DNA of 33,341 nucleotides from Candidatus Eiseniibacteriota bacterium (GCA_043809585.1 JBDROZ010000095.1:1-33341), one strand, 5' to 3'; shown: positions 1-8,709, counted from the first letter of the stretch. Made by a program: numbers and translations. The notes: generated by a model from the letters alone, not told the origin.

Positions 1-150
1 TCGGGAGGGGCCGGGGCATAACCGGGGAGCTCATGGAAGATCTGCGCACCGCAGATTGCGCGCGTCCGGAGAATGGGAGGGTTATGACCCGCCGCACGAC
101 GAGCGTCCCAGCCTGCCCCGATCCCCTCCCTCCTCCGATCCGCCCCCCCC
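1..150 (+). repeat. M1 structured repeat element, copy A (candidate ncRNA / MITE module); the window starts inside or at its 5' end
   Basis: Near-identical to 1871-2020 (about 5 mismatches in 150 nt). Homologous to 9561-9693 and to the reverse complement of 32985-33123. The 5' GGGAGGGGCCGGGGC can pair with the 3' GCCCCGAUCCCCUCCC. No reading frame is conserved across copies. Confidence 0.7.
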
Positions 151-177
151 CGCCGGCATGCTGGCCCCCCGGTCGGG

Positions 178-250
178 CTGAGTGCCGCCCGGTCCTCTGG
201 GCGGTGTATCGAAGCCTGTCCTGAGTAGGACCGAAGGTCCGTATCGAAGG
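178..250 (+). repeat. two tandem REP-like palindromic units (M2a 178-213, M2b 214-250)
   Basis: M2a is CUGAGUGCCGCCCGG-UCCU-CUGGGCGGUGUAUCGAAG and M2b is CCUGUCCUGAGUAGGACC-GAAG-GGUCCGUAUCGAAGG. The same flanks with different, still self-complementary stems recur at 2092-2142, 25129-25168, 32651-32686, 32881-32916 and 32917-32956. Confidence 0.65.
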
Positions 251-274
251 GGGCGGGTGGGGGAAAGTGGGCTA

Positions 275-1675
275 CTACCGAATCACCACCACCCGCTCCG
301 TCACCGTCCGCTCGCCGTCTTCCATCCGCACGAAGTACACACCCGCCGGGGCGTCAATTCCGGAGGAGGTCCGTCCGTCCCAGGTGAGGACACCGGATGC
401 ATCCTTCCCTTCGAGGGCGCGGACGACGCGGCCGCGGATATCGTAGATGGTGACGGGAACGGACGAGGAGGAGGGGAGGGAGTAGCGGAGGCTCACCTCG
501 CCGGTCGTGGGATTGGGCGAAACGAAGAGACCGAAAGCGCGGCTTGGCATTGAGCCCCCCTCCGCGACGGAGGTGTAGACGTCGCACCCCTGGCCGAGCG
601 CGCCAATGAGGAAGGGGCCGTTCGGGTTGTTCTCGGGGAGGCAGGGAGATGCGGCGTCGAGGGAGTAGTCGCCGAGAATCGTCGGTGCTTCCATCCCATC
701 TCGCGGTCCACAAAACACCGGATCCGTGTAGATCGATTGATAGGGCCACTCTCCCGGCGGTATGAGCCCTGAGGTATCCACGTCGCAGTATCTTAAGATG
801 AAGTTACCCCAGCTTTCGTCATAGAGTTCGGCCCCTTCTGGGGCATCGTTTCCCCAAAGGACCGACCAACGGCCCTCATGGGGGGCATCTGGGTTGCTTC
901 CGCAGTATATTCCTCCCCCTCCCCACTCGAGAGCCCGATTCCCCGCGATTGTCGTATGCCGAAACTCGAGGTGAGCCGCATCAAAACCGCTAATGGCAAT
1001 GCCGCCACCCGCGCCGGTAGACAGGTTTCCAATCACGAGACAACTATCGAGGAAAACGGCCGCCCTATGGCCATCGCACGAGATCCCTCCTCCCCCCCAA
1101 CCAGTGTTTCCTGAGATGATCGAACGACGGACCTCCGTTACACCCTTCCAAGCGCGGATCCCCCCGCCCCCACCGGGACCGCTGCATTCTGCGATAAGAC
1201 AGTCATAGACCTTTGTGGATGCGTCCCAGGAGAGGATTCCTCCCCCTACTCCGCTCGTGTACGACGTGCAGCCGACTATTCGACAATTCCGAACCGTGGC
1301 GGCGGCTTCGACCCGAATTCCGCCTCCCCCGTTTGCACTTCCGTTCTGGATGGTCAGGCATTCGACAGTTGCTTCATATCCTTCTCCGTCCACATAGAAC
1401 CCGCGACCCGATTCCTGGCAGTCGATAACGGTGGAATCGGGACCCAAGGCGGATCTGACTACCACGGCCTTTCCGCCGAAGACGATGTCCCTATTCCCCG
1501 CCCCCGTGTAGATCCCGTCATGAAGCAGTACCGTATCTCCCGCCGCCGCGGAGTCGATTCCCGCCTGAATGGTCGGGGCGCTGCCCGTGCTGTCGGGTTG
1601 GATGTGCCATGTGCGGGAGAGGGCGGGAGAAAAAGCCAAGAAAAGCGCAATCAGACTAGCGGCGAGGCGGATCAT
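275..1675 (-). CDS. secreted right-handed parallel beta-helix protein (Gly-rich GGGGI repeats) with C-terminal T9SS/FlgD-Ig-like sorting domain
   Basis: N-terminal signal peptide MIRLAASLIALFLAFSPALS. Repeated GxGGGI/CxxxG beta-helix motifs. C-terminus ...VYFVRMEDGERTVTERVVVIR. GGGAGG RBS 6 nt upstream of the ATG at 1675. TAG stop at 275-277. Confidence 0.85.
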   Translation of the reverse strand: MIRLAASLIALFLAFSPALSRTWHIQPDSTGSAPTIQAGIDSAAAGDTVLLHDGIYTGAGNRDIVFGGKAVVVRSALGPDSTVIDCQESGRGFYVDGEGYEATVECLTIQNGSANGGGGIRVEAAATVRNCRIVGCTSYTSGVGGGILSWDASTKVYDCLIAECSGPGGGGGIRAWKGVTEVRRSIISGNTGWGGGGISCDGHRAAVFLDSCLVIGNLSTGAGGGIAISGFDAAHLEFRHTTIAGNRALEWGGGGIYCGSNPDAPHEGRWSVLWGNDAPEGAELYDESWGNFILRYCDVDTSGLIPPGEWPYQSIYTDPVFCGPRDGMEAPTILGDYSLDAASPCLPENNPNGPFLIGALGQGCDVYTSVAEGGSMPSRAFGLFVSPNPTTGEVSLRYSLPSSSSVPVTIYDIRGRVVRALEGKDASGVLTWDGRTSSGIDAPAGVYFVRMEDGERTVTERVVVIR

Positions 1676-1692
1676 GTAGCACCTCCCATTCG

Positions 1693-1720
1693 TGGGATGT
1701 GGGATGTGGGATGTGGGATG
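1693..1720. repeat. tandem heptamer (GTGGGAT)x3 plus one degenerate unit in the 5' leader of the beta-helix gene
   Basis: Direct reading: gtgggat gtgggat gtgggat gtggatg, 18 nt upstream of the start codon. On the mRNA strand it reads (CAUCCCA)n immediately 5' of the RBS. Confidence 0.8.
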
Positions 1721-1746
1721 TGGATGACGAGTATCTACATAGAGTC

Positions 1747-1776
1747 AGAATACCATGACACCCGATGACGTGTAAA
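1747..1776 (-). promoter_or_regulatory. candidate sigma70-like promoter for the beta-helix T9SS gene (TTTACA-18-TATTCT on the minus strand)
   Basis: AT-richer island in a 70% GC context. Reverse complement reads TTTACAcgtcatcgggtgtcatggTATTCT, about 70 nt upstream of the start. Confidence 0.3.
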
Positions 1777-1870
1777 GGAGAAACAGAAGCATGCGCCCTC
1801 CGGTTCATTTCCTCCGGCAACTAGGGAGAGTCTCCGGATCTCCTGCGTTCGGCGGGACGGGGAATCGGCA

Positions 1871-2020
1871 TCGGGAGGGGCCGGGGCATAACCGGGGAGC
1901 TCATGGAAGATCTGCGCACCGCAGATTGCGCGCGCCCGGAGAATGGGAGGGTACTCTCCCGCCGCACGACGAGCGTCCCAGTCCGCCCCGATCCCCTCCC
2001 TCCTCCGATCCGCCGCCCCG
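1871..2020 (+). repeat. M1 structured repeat element, copy B
   Basis: Positions 1871-1930 are identical to 1-60. The remainder has 1-2 nt changes per 10 nt, including a hairpin-preserving swap GGGUUAUGACCC to GGGAGGGUACUCUCCC. Confidence 0.75.
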
Positions 2021-2091
2021 CCGATTTCATATCATCGTCATCCTTCTGGAAGCAGGGGATCCAGGAGATCAGAATTCAATCCTCCGCGTTC

Positions 2092-2142
2092 GCCCTTCGA
2101 TACACTGCCCGGAAAGCTCGGCGGCACTCAGGACGAACGGGG
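2092..2142 (-). repeat. REP-like unit M2a in inverted orientation relative to M1 copy B
   Basis: Reverse complement reads CCGUUCGUCCUGAGUGCCGCCGAGC-UUUC-CGGGCAGUGUAUCGAAGGGCG, with the same conserved flanks and a different paired stem. Confidence 0.6.
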
Positions 2143-2437
2143 GGTGGTGGACGCGGCACGAATAACCGATTGCGATCGGGGGCCCGGAAAGGCGAACATC
2201 ATCCCTTCTCCTTCCTCCGAGCGGCAGTCCTTGCTGATCGTTCTGACCCACGGGCGGGTGGCCGCGACAGGGGTCCGCGAGACGCGCAGCCACCAAGCAC
2301 CAGATCCCGATCAACGTCTTGTCATCGAGAGCGAAACGCGCGGTTCACGAATTGCGGACGAAGGAAGTCAAGCGTGCGACTGGCGAGCATCGCAGCGGAC
2401 AGGAGCGGACAGGACCTGCCCGTCCGCGCATTTCATC

Positions 2438-4351
2438 CTACCGTATATACCCCAGCGCTCTCAGCCCCTCGAGCGTCTCCTGGTCCACGACAAGCTCGGC
2501 CGTTTCTCCCTCTTCGATCGAAGCGAGCCAGTCGTCGATGAGGGGCGTGAGGTTCGCGACCACGTCGGGCCGCGAACCGGCGAGGTTCGTCGTCTCCCCC
2601 GGATCGGCGGCGAGGTCGTACAGTTCGAAGAGGGCGCCCTCCGGGGCCGGGATCCGGATCAGCTTCCAGTCGCCGAGGCGCACCATCCTCCACTTCCCCT
2701 CGTCCCCCGGCACGAGCCATCTCGGATTTTCCTGTTCCCCGCTCCCCACCACCGTCCGCCCGTTCTCCGCGAAAGCGGGCCGGTCCGTCTCGTCCGCCCT
2801 TCCCTCCACGACGGCGGGCACCCGGCCGTCCATCTCGGATTCCGCCGGGACTCCGGCGAGCCGGAGAAGGGCCGGCGCGAGGTCGATGAGGGCGACCTGC
2901 CGGGGCGAGAGAACGCCCGCCGGAAGCCGCTCCGGATATCGCAGAACGAGGGGCACCCGCTGGGTCGGGTCGTAAAGCAGGTGGGTGTGGGCGAACCAGA
3001 GGTCCTGCTCGCCCAGGCTCTCCCCGTGGTCCGAGGTGATCGCCACGATCGTGTTCTCCCGGAGGCCGAGAGAGTCCAGGGAGGCGAGAAGCCGTCCGAT
3101 CTCCCGGTCCGTGAAGGCGACCTCCCCATCATAGAGCGCGAAGGACGCCTCGAGCTCTCCGGGCGAAGGCCGAAGCCCGAAGATGCGCCGCCGCCCGTCC
3201 GGAAGCCTCTCGTCCAGGAGCCGCGCCTTCTCCTCGCCGTCCGGCGCGAACATCCGGTCGTACGGCGCCGGCGGCTTGTACGGGTAGTGGGGATCGAGGT
3301 AGTGGGCGTAGACGAAGAAGGGCCGGCCGCTCTTCCTCTCGAGAAGGCGGATCGCGAAGTCCGTGACCCGGTTCGCCCGGTAGCCGACGTCGAGGTCCCG
3401 GAGGCCGAGCCGCCCGAGCATCCTCCCGAGCAGGGAGTCGTCGAAGCGAACCGGCCGGTGCAGATAGCGGTACTCGTCGAACCCCTGCGCGAATCCCCAC
3501 GCCGGCGTGAGCAGGGGATGGGAATTGGCGAAGCCGGTCCGGTAGCCGGCCGCGCCAAACGCCTCCGCGAGGGTGAGCCACCGCTCCTCCAGCCGGTTCG
3601 GATGATTGATCACGCCGATCCGGCTCGGCAGCGATCCGGTGAGGAGGGCGGCGATCCCCGGCTGCGTGAAGGGGGCGGGCGAGACGGCGTCAGGGAAGAG
3701 CACCCCCTCTCGGGCGACACGGTCGATGGCCGGGCTCGTCCCCCGGGGGTGGCCGTAGCAGGCGAGGTGGTCGGCGCGGAGCGTGTCGACGACGAGAAGG
3801 AGCACGTTCGGCCCCCGGCCCGCGGCTCCGCTCCGCTCCCCGGCGAACACGCCCGCTCCAAAGAGGGCGAGAATGACGATCCCCCCGGCGGCGACAATCC
3901 GCCTCTCCATGGGCCGCCCCGGCGGGCGCCTTCCGATCAGGAGAAGGGCGCAGGCCGCGAAGAGGAGCATCACCGCGCTCGCCACGATCCCCCTGACGTT
4001 GAAGAGGCCCTTCACCTTGAAATAGTGAAACCAGAACGCGGTCCAGAAGAGGGCGGTCAGCAGCGATGCCGCGAGCGCCTCGCCGCCCCGTCGACGGAGC
4101 ACACCCCCCGCGATCAGACCGAAGGGGATGGCGAAGATCACGCCCAGCGCGCCGTAGAAAAGGGCGAGGAGAAGGCCGTAGGAGAGCCGGTCTCCCGGGG
4201 AGGCGAACCAGTACGGATGGGACGCGAACTGGGCGACGGCACCCAGGATTCCCGCGGCGGCGAAGGCCGGGATCGTCCAGGCGGCGGTTCTCCTGTTGAC
4301 GGGCACGGGCAGCCTCCTTCCACGGGGGAACGGATCCCGGCTCCATTCCAA
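2438..4351 (-). CDS. membrane-anchored sulfatase-like hydrolase/transferase (alkaline-phosphatase superfamily; LtaS/EptA/MdoB-like architecture)
   Basis: Four or five N-terminal TM helices, then NVLLLVVDTLRADHLACYGHPRGTSPAIDRVAREGVLF. The position of the sulfatase CxPxR motif reads APFTQPG (Thr nucleophile, no FGly Cys). DHGE and HTH metal-site motifs are present. Start is TTG at the ORF edge, so the start is uncertain. TAG stop. Confidence 0.75.
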   Translation of the reverse strand: MEWSRDPFPRGRRLPVPVNRRTAAWTIPAFAAAGILGAVAQFASHPYWFASPGDRLSYGLLLALFYGALGVIFAIPFGLIAGGVLRRRGGEALAASLLTALFWTAFWFHYFKVKGLFNVRGIVASAVMLLFAACALLLIGRRPPGRPMERRIVAAGGIVILALFGAGVFAGERSGAAGRGPNVLLLVVDTLRADHLACYGHPRGTSPAIDRVAREGVLFPDAVSPAPFTQPGIAALLTGSLPSRIGVINHPNRLEERWLTLAEAFGAAGYRTGFANSHPLLTPAWGFAQGFDEYRYLHRPVRFDDSLLGRMLGRLGLRDLDVGYRANRVTDFAIRLLERKSGRPFFVYAHYLDPHYPYKPPAPYDRMFAPDGEEKARLLDERLPDGRRRIFGLRPSPGELEASFALYDGEVAFTDREIGRLLASLDSLGLRENTIVAITSDHGESLGEQDLWFAHTHLLYDPTQRVPLVLRYPERLPAGVLSPRQVALIDLAPALLRLAGVPAESEMDGRVPAVVEGRADETDRPAFAENGRTVVGSGEQENPRWLVPGDEGKWRMVRLGDWKLIRIPAPEGALFELYDLAADPGETTNLAGSRPDVVANLTPLIDDWLASIEEGETAELVVDQETLEGLRALGYIR

Positions 4352-4393
4352 CCTGGGGCGGCCGGTTTGTCAATGAAGGGGCTTGGGGTTTCT

Positions 4394-6982
4394 CTACGCG
4401 GGGCCGGGGCGGTACACGTCCAGGACCGGCATCAGGCGGTCGAGTTCCGTCTTCAGGATCTCGTAGGCCCGGATGGCGCCGTCCAGGTCGCCGGCCCGGG
4501 CGAAGTGCTCCACCTCCGCCGCCGCATCCATCGCCGACCGGGCGCCCAGGCACCCGATGGAACCGCGGATGCTGTGGGCCGCCCGCTCGATGGTGGCGGA
4601 GTCTTTCCCCTTCGCGGCGTTCTCCATGTCGCGGAGGAGCCGGGGCGCGCACTCCAGAAATATGCCGATGATCTCCTGGAGGACCCCCTCGTCACCTCCC
4701 ACCATCTCGATGGTATTGACGATGTCGAGGGGGGCGCCCGCCGGCGTCCGGTCTACGACCATCGCCATCTCCTCGACACTCTCCGCGGGTCCGTCCCCCT
4801 CGCCGGGGACGACGCTTCGGATCGCCTCGAAGAGAGGGCCTATGCGGACCGGCTTCGAGAGGTAGCCGTCCATTCCGGCGGCCAGGCATCGCTCCCGGTC
4901 CTCCTCGAGCGCGTGGGCCGTGAGGGCGATGATCGAAAGCCGTCCGCCTCTTTCCCGTTCCCGGATCCGGATCCGCTCGGTCGCCTCGAGCCCGCCCATC
5001 TCCGGCATTTGGACGTCCATGAGGGCCAGGTCGAACTCCTCCTGACCCGAGAGTAGAACCGCCTCCGCCCCGCTCTCCGCCAGGGTCACCCGGTGGCCTT
5101 CTTTCTCCAGGATTCGGGTCATCAGCTTCTGGTTCACCGGATGGTCTTCGGCGAGGAGGATCCGGAGCGGCCGTGCCCGTGGAGCGGTCTTTTCCTCCGA
5201 GTCGCGCGTTTCCCCGTCCGATTCCGCCGGGGCGAGACCGAGGGCGACGCGAATCGCCCGTAGGAGGTCCTCCTCACTTACCGGCTTGGTGATGGTCGTT
5301 TCCACGGCGAGATCCCGGCAGCCCCCGCTGTCGTCCCTCCGGCGGTCGATCGGAAAGAGGAGCACCAGCGGTTCCGGTCCCCGGTCTTCCTTCCGGAGGC
5401 GGTCGGCCAGAGCGAGTCCTCCCCCCTCGGGCATCACCGCATCGATGAGTACCCCGCCCCAAGGCCTCCCCCTCTTCCGGGCATCCAGGATCATCTCCAT
5501 CGCCTGCGCGGCGGTCCCCGCTCCACCTGCGGCGAGACCCCAACGGTTCAAGGTCCGGCAGAGGAATTCGCGGCACGACCCGTTGTCGTCCACCACCAGG
5601 ATCGCGGTCCCGGCGGGCGCGCCGAGGGAGATCTCTTCTTCTGAATCCGCCGAGGGATCCCTCGAGAAGGGACAGCGGAAGGAAAAGGTGCTTCCCGCTC
5701 CGGGTTCGCTCTCCAGCCGGATCTCGCCCCCCATCATCGTCACGAGGCGAGAGGCGATGGCGAGTCCGAGGCCCGTCCCCCCGAAGCGCCGGCTCGTTGA
5801 TCCATCCGCCTGGGTGAAGGCCTCGAAGATCATGTCCTGATCGTCGGGGTGGATTCCGATGCCCGTGTCGGAGATCGCGAACTCCAGATCGACGACTTCC
5901 TTCCTCCGCTCGCCGAGAAAGCGGACGTCGACCACCACTTCGCCCCGGTCGGTGAACTTGACGCCGTTGGCCATCAGGTTCACGAGGACCTGGCGGAGCC
6001 GCGCGATGTCCCCCACGAGGCGATCGGGCACGTCGGGATCCACGCGGACGAGGATCTCGACCCCCTTGTCGTGGGCCCCGAACGCGATCGCCCGGGTCAT
6101 GTCGCTCAATGAGCGGCGAAGCGTGAAGGGCAGGGGATCGAGCTCCAGTTTCCCCGTTTCGATCTGGGAGAAGTCGAGGACGTTGTGGATCACGGCGAGC
6201 AGGTTTTCCGCCGACTCCGCGATCGTCTCCATGTATTCCCGCTGCTCCCGGTCGAGGGAGGTGCTTCGGAGGAGTCCGGTCATCCCCAAGATTCCGTTCA
6301 GGGGCGTACGGATCTCGTGACTGATGTTGGCCAGAAACTCGGACTTCGTGCGGGACGCTTCGAGCGCCCCGTCCCTGGCCGCCCTCAATTCGTGTTCCGC
6401 CTTCTTCCGGTGGGTCACGTCCTGCTTGACCGCGATGAAGTGGTCGGGCTCGCCCCGGTCGTCGCGGACCGGCGTGATCGTCGCCTCCTCCACGTACACC
6501 CGACCGTTCTTGGCGGTGTTGACGAGTTCTCCCCGCCACACTTCCCCGGCCCGCACCCTCTTCATCACGCCCCGGAGGAAGCTCGGAGGATGATGCACCG
6601 ACGTCGGGACGAGGAGCTGACCCCCGAGGGTCTCGTCCATCGACTGGCCGGTCAGCTTCAGAAACGCCGGGTTGTACCAGATGATTCGCCCCTCCCGGTC
6701 GGCGATGGCGATGGCGTTCGCCGCCGACTCGAGGGCGGCGCCTTGCAGGCGAAGACGGAGCTGAGCCGACTCGATATCCCGCTCCACCCGCCCGATCAAG
6801 GCGCGAAAGGCCGCGAAGTAGAGGGCGCCGCCGGCCGCGGCGATCAGCGAAATCGTGATCGGGGACGCCTGGCCCCCCCCCCGCTCGAGAAGGTGGACGC
6901 CGGCCACGAGGACGACGAGAAGCAGACCCAGGGCCGCCGTCAGGGGGATCAGAATGCGTGTCGTCAGTTTCTGGGAGGCCAT
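4394..6982 (-). CDS. hybrid sensor histidine kinase (2 TM - PAS - HisKA - HATPase - REC - REC - Hpt)
   Basis: H-box [15 protein letters not shown]-boxes DTGIGI and GGTGLGLAI. Receiver motifs ILVVDDN...D and [11 protein letters not shown]...[11 protein letters not shown]-terminal Hpt [17 protein letters not shown] at 6982 with AGGGA RBS. TAG stop. Confidence 0.9.
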   Translation of the reverse strand: MASQKLTTRILIPLTAALGLLLVVLVAGVHLLERGGGQASPITISLIAAAGGALYFAAFRALIGRVERDIESAQLRLRLQGAALESAANAIAIADREGRIIWYNPAFLKLTGQSMDETLGGQLLVPTSVHHPPSFLRGVMKRVRAGEVWRGELVNTAKNGRVYVEEATITPVRDDRGEPDHFIAVKQDVTHRKKAEHELRAARDGALEASRTKSEFLANISHEIRTPLNGILGMTGLLRSTSLDREQREYMETIAESAENLLAVIHNVLDFSQIETGKLELDPLPFTLRRSLSDMTRAIAFGAHDKGVEILVRVDPDVPDRLVGDIARLRQVLVNLMANGVKFTDRGEVVVDVRFLGERRKEVVDLEFAISDTGIGIHPDDQDMIFEAFTQADGSTSRRFGGTGLGLAIASRLVTMMGGEIRLESEPGAGSTFSFRCPFSRDPSADSEEEISLGAPAGTAILVVDDNGSCREFLCRTLNRWGLAAGGAGTAAQAMEMILDARKRGRPWGGVLIDAVMPEGGGLALADRLRKEDRGPEPLVLLFPIDRRRDDSGGCRDLAVETTITKPVSEEDLLRAIRVALGLAPAESDGETRDSEEKTAPRARPLRILLAEDHPVNQKLMTRILEKEGHRVTLAESGAEAVLLSGQEEFDLALMDVQMPEMGGLEATERIRIRERERGGRLSIIALTAHALEEDRERCLAAGMDGYLSKPVRIGPLFEAIRSVVPGEGDGPAESVEEMAMVVDRTPAGAPLDIVNTIEMVGGDEGVLQEIIGIFLECAPRLLRDMENAAKGKDSATIERAAHSIRGSIGCLGARSAMDAAAEVEHFARAGDLDGAIRAYEILKTELDRLMPVLDVYRPGPA

Positions 6983-7140
6983 CGATGTTCCCTGCCCGGT
7001 GGGGGCGTCGCGGGAAAAACCGGACCGTGGGGCCCCCTCTCGGCGCGGACCCGCCGTCCCGAGTCTCCGCTGTTCTCCAAGTCACGTCCCTCGACAGAGT
7101 TTCGGCCGGGCCCGGTCCTCCCTTGAGAAAGTGGCCGGTC

Positions 7141-7169
7141 TTGTCAGGGAACGGGCCGTGAGGTAGGCT
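7141..7169 (+). promoter_or_regulatory. candidate sigma70-like promoter (TTGTCA-17-TAGGCT) for the nucleotidase-SDR operon
   Basis: Hexamers with 17-nt spacing, about 60 nt upstream of the ATG at 7227. The divergent intergenic region is shared with the kinase gene. Confidence 0.3.
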
Positions 7170-7226
7170 CGACCGGTTCCGGGGAGGTCGCCCGAGGAGG
7201 CGTCCCCCGGCCCGAAAGGGGGCGGC

Positions 7227-8696
7227 ATGTGGAGTAACGGCGGTTTCGCCGAGAGGGTCTACCTGAGCGGGCCCTTCGCCGGGGAGAGAAGGATCCCCCG
7301 GCGCCAGAGGGTGTTCGTCAACCGGAACCTCCGGCTTCTTTCGATCGGCGCGATCGGTTTCGACCTCGATCACACCCTCGCGCACTACGACCCGATCCAT
7401 GTCGAGGAGCTGGCCTTCCGGACGACGGCCCAGCGCCTGGTCAAGAAACGGGGATACCCCGCGGCGATCGGAACGATCCGGTACGATCCTGAATTCGTGA
7501 TCCGGGGGCTCGTCATCGACCGGATGCGGGGCAACATATTAAAAATGGACTATCACAACTACGTGACCCGCGCGTTTCACGGGCGGAAGGGCCTTTCTCG
7601 GGAGCGACTCGAGCAGTATCGGCACCGACGGGTCAATCTCTCCACACCGGAATACGCTTCGGTGGACACCCTCTTCCACCTCCCCGAGGTCTACCTCTAT
7701 CTCTCGATCATCGACTTCCTCGAGGAGCGGGGGGAGGAGCCGGACTTCGACAAGATCTACACCGACGTCCGGGAAACCATCGACCAGGCCCACGCGGACG
7801 GCAGCATCAAGAGCGTGATCCGGGAGAACCCGGGGCGGTTCCTCCGCACCGAACCGAAGCTCGCCCGCGTGCTCGACCGTTTTCGATCGTGGGGGAAGAA
7901 GCTCTTCCTTCTGACCAACTCGGAGTTCTATTACACCGACGTCTTGATGAAGCACCTCTTCCGGAAGAGGCGGGGGGAGGAAGAGCGGGATTGGCCCTCG
8001 TTCTTCGACGTGATCGTCACGGACGCCCGAAAGCCCGCGTTCTTCGATCCCGGCCAGGAGGACAAGGAACGGCCGATCACGAAGATCGACCACCCCTCGG
8101 CGTTCCGGGGAGGGAATACGAGGATTCTCGAGGAGCGGATCGGATACTCCGGGGACCAGGTCCTCTACTTCGGCGATCATACTTACGGGGACATCCTCAG
8201 GGCGAAGAAGTCGGCGGGATGGCGGACCGCCATGATCGTGAACGAGCTCGAGCACGAGTTGGCGGTGACCCAGAGCATCGAGCCGAAGATCCGCATTTAC
8301 TCGGGTCTTTCCGAGGAACGGGAGCGGATCGAGATGGAGAGGGCCTCCCTCGACCGGGAGCGGGGGAGGCTCCTCCTCTTGAACGAGGGGGAGTCGGTCG
8401 TCCGGACCCGATCCCGCAGGGAGAAGAAGGTCCGGCTTCTCACCGAGGAGATCGACCGGCGGGCGAAGACGGTGAACGATCTGGACCGTCAGATCGGGAT
8501 TCTTTGGCGGGAGCTGGAGCGGAGCTACAACCGGGTTTGGGGCCCCCTCTTCCGGGAGGGGAACGAGACGAGCCGTTTCGGGCACCAGGTGAAGGACTTC
8601 GCCTGTCTCTACACGAGCAAGCCGATCAACTTCCTGAATTACGCGGGCGACCACTACTTCCGCTCGCCCATGGATCTGATGCCCCACGAGACGTAG
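7227..8696 (+). CDS. HAD-superfamily subfamily IG 5'-nucleotidase (cytosolic purine 5'-nucleotidase-like, PF05761-type)
   Basis: RVFVNRNLRLLSIGAIGFDLDHTLAHY matches the NT5C2-type N-terminus with DxDxT motif I. AAAGGGGG RBS 6 nt upstream. TAG stop. Confidence 0.85.
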   Translation: MWSNGGFAERVYLSGPFAGERRIPRRQRVFVNRNLRLLSIGAIGFDLDHTLAHYDPIHVEELAFRTTAQRLVKKRGYPAAIGTIRYDPEFVIRGLVIDRMRGNILKMDYHNYVTRAFHGRKGLSRERLEQYRHRRVNLSTPEYASVDTLFHLPEVYLYLSIIDFLEERGEEPDFDKIYTDVRETIDQAHADGSIKSVIRENPGRFLRTEPKLARVLDRFRSWGKKLFLLTNSEFYYTDVLMKHLFRKRRGEEERDWPSFFDVIVTDARKPAFFDPGQEDKERPITKIDHPSAFRGGNTRILEERIGYSGDQVLYFGDHTYGDILRAKKSAGWRTAMIVNELEHELAVTQSIEPKIRIYSGLSEERERIEMERASLDRERGRLLLLNEGESVVRTRSRREKKVRLLTEEIDRRAKTVNDLDRQIGILWRELERSYNRVWGPLFREGNETSRFGHQVKDFACLYTSKPINFLNYAGDHYFRSPMDLMPHET

Positions 8697-8709
8697 GGGG
8701 GAGGCGCGC

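Noticed and set aside
33-224. Small Pro-rich ORF inside M1 (MEDLRTADCARPENGRV...), open in the same frame in all four copies, with some apparently synonymous substitutions (e.g. CGT to AGG, both Arg, between copies A and D)
   Set aside because: There is no conserved start or stop. Copy C lacks the ATG. Indels between copies shift the upstream frame, and the residue composition is the generic GC-rich translation. Structure-preserving substitutions explain the pattern at least as well. It would need a codon-aware test (e.g. RNAcode) on more copies to revisit.
214-250. Possible hammerhead ribozyme core (CUGAGUA ... GAAG ... )
   Set aside because: The invariant CUGANGA box is not satisfied (A/U at the G8 position). 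No UH cleavage-site or stem III arrangement could be built. It is more consistent with REP-like palindromes.
1943-5056. 1037-aa ORF on the plus strand, and many other 300-1300 aa ORFs (e.g. 5274-7400 minus, 13570-15807 plus, 16851-18728 plus, 11740-12945 plus, 29585-31159 plus)
   Set aside because: They are Arg/Pro/Gly-rich low-complexity translations, antisense or out-of-frame to genes with clear family signatures. This is the expected artefact of about 70% GC, where stop codons are rare in all frames.
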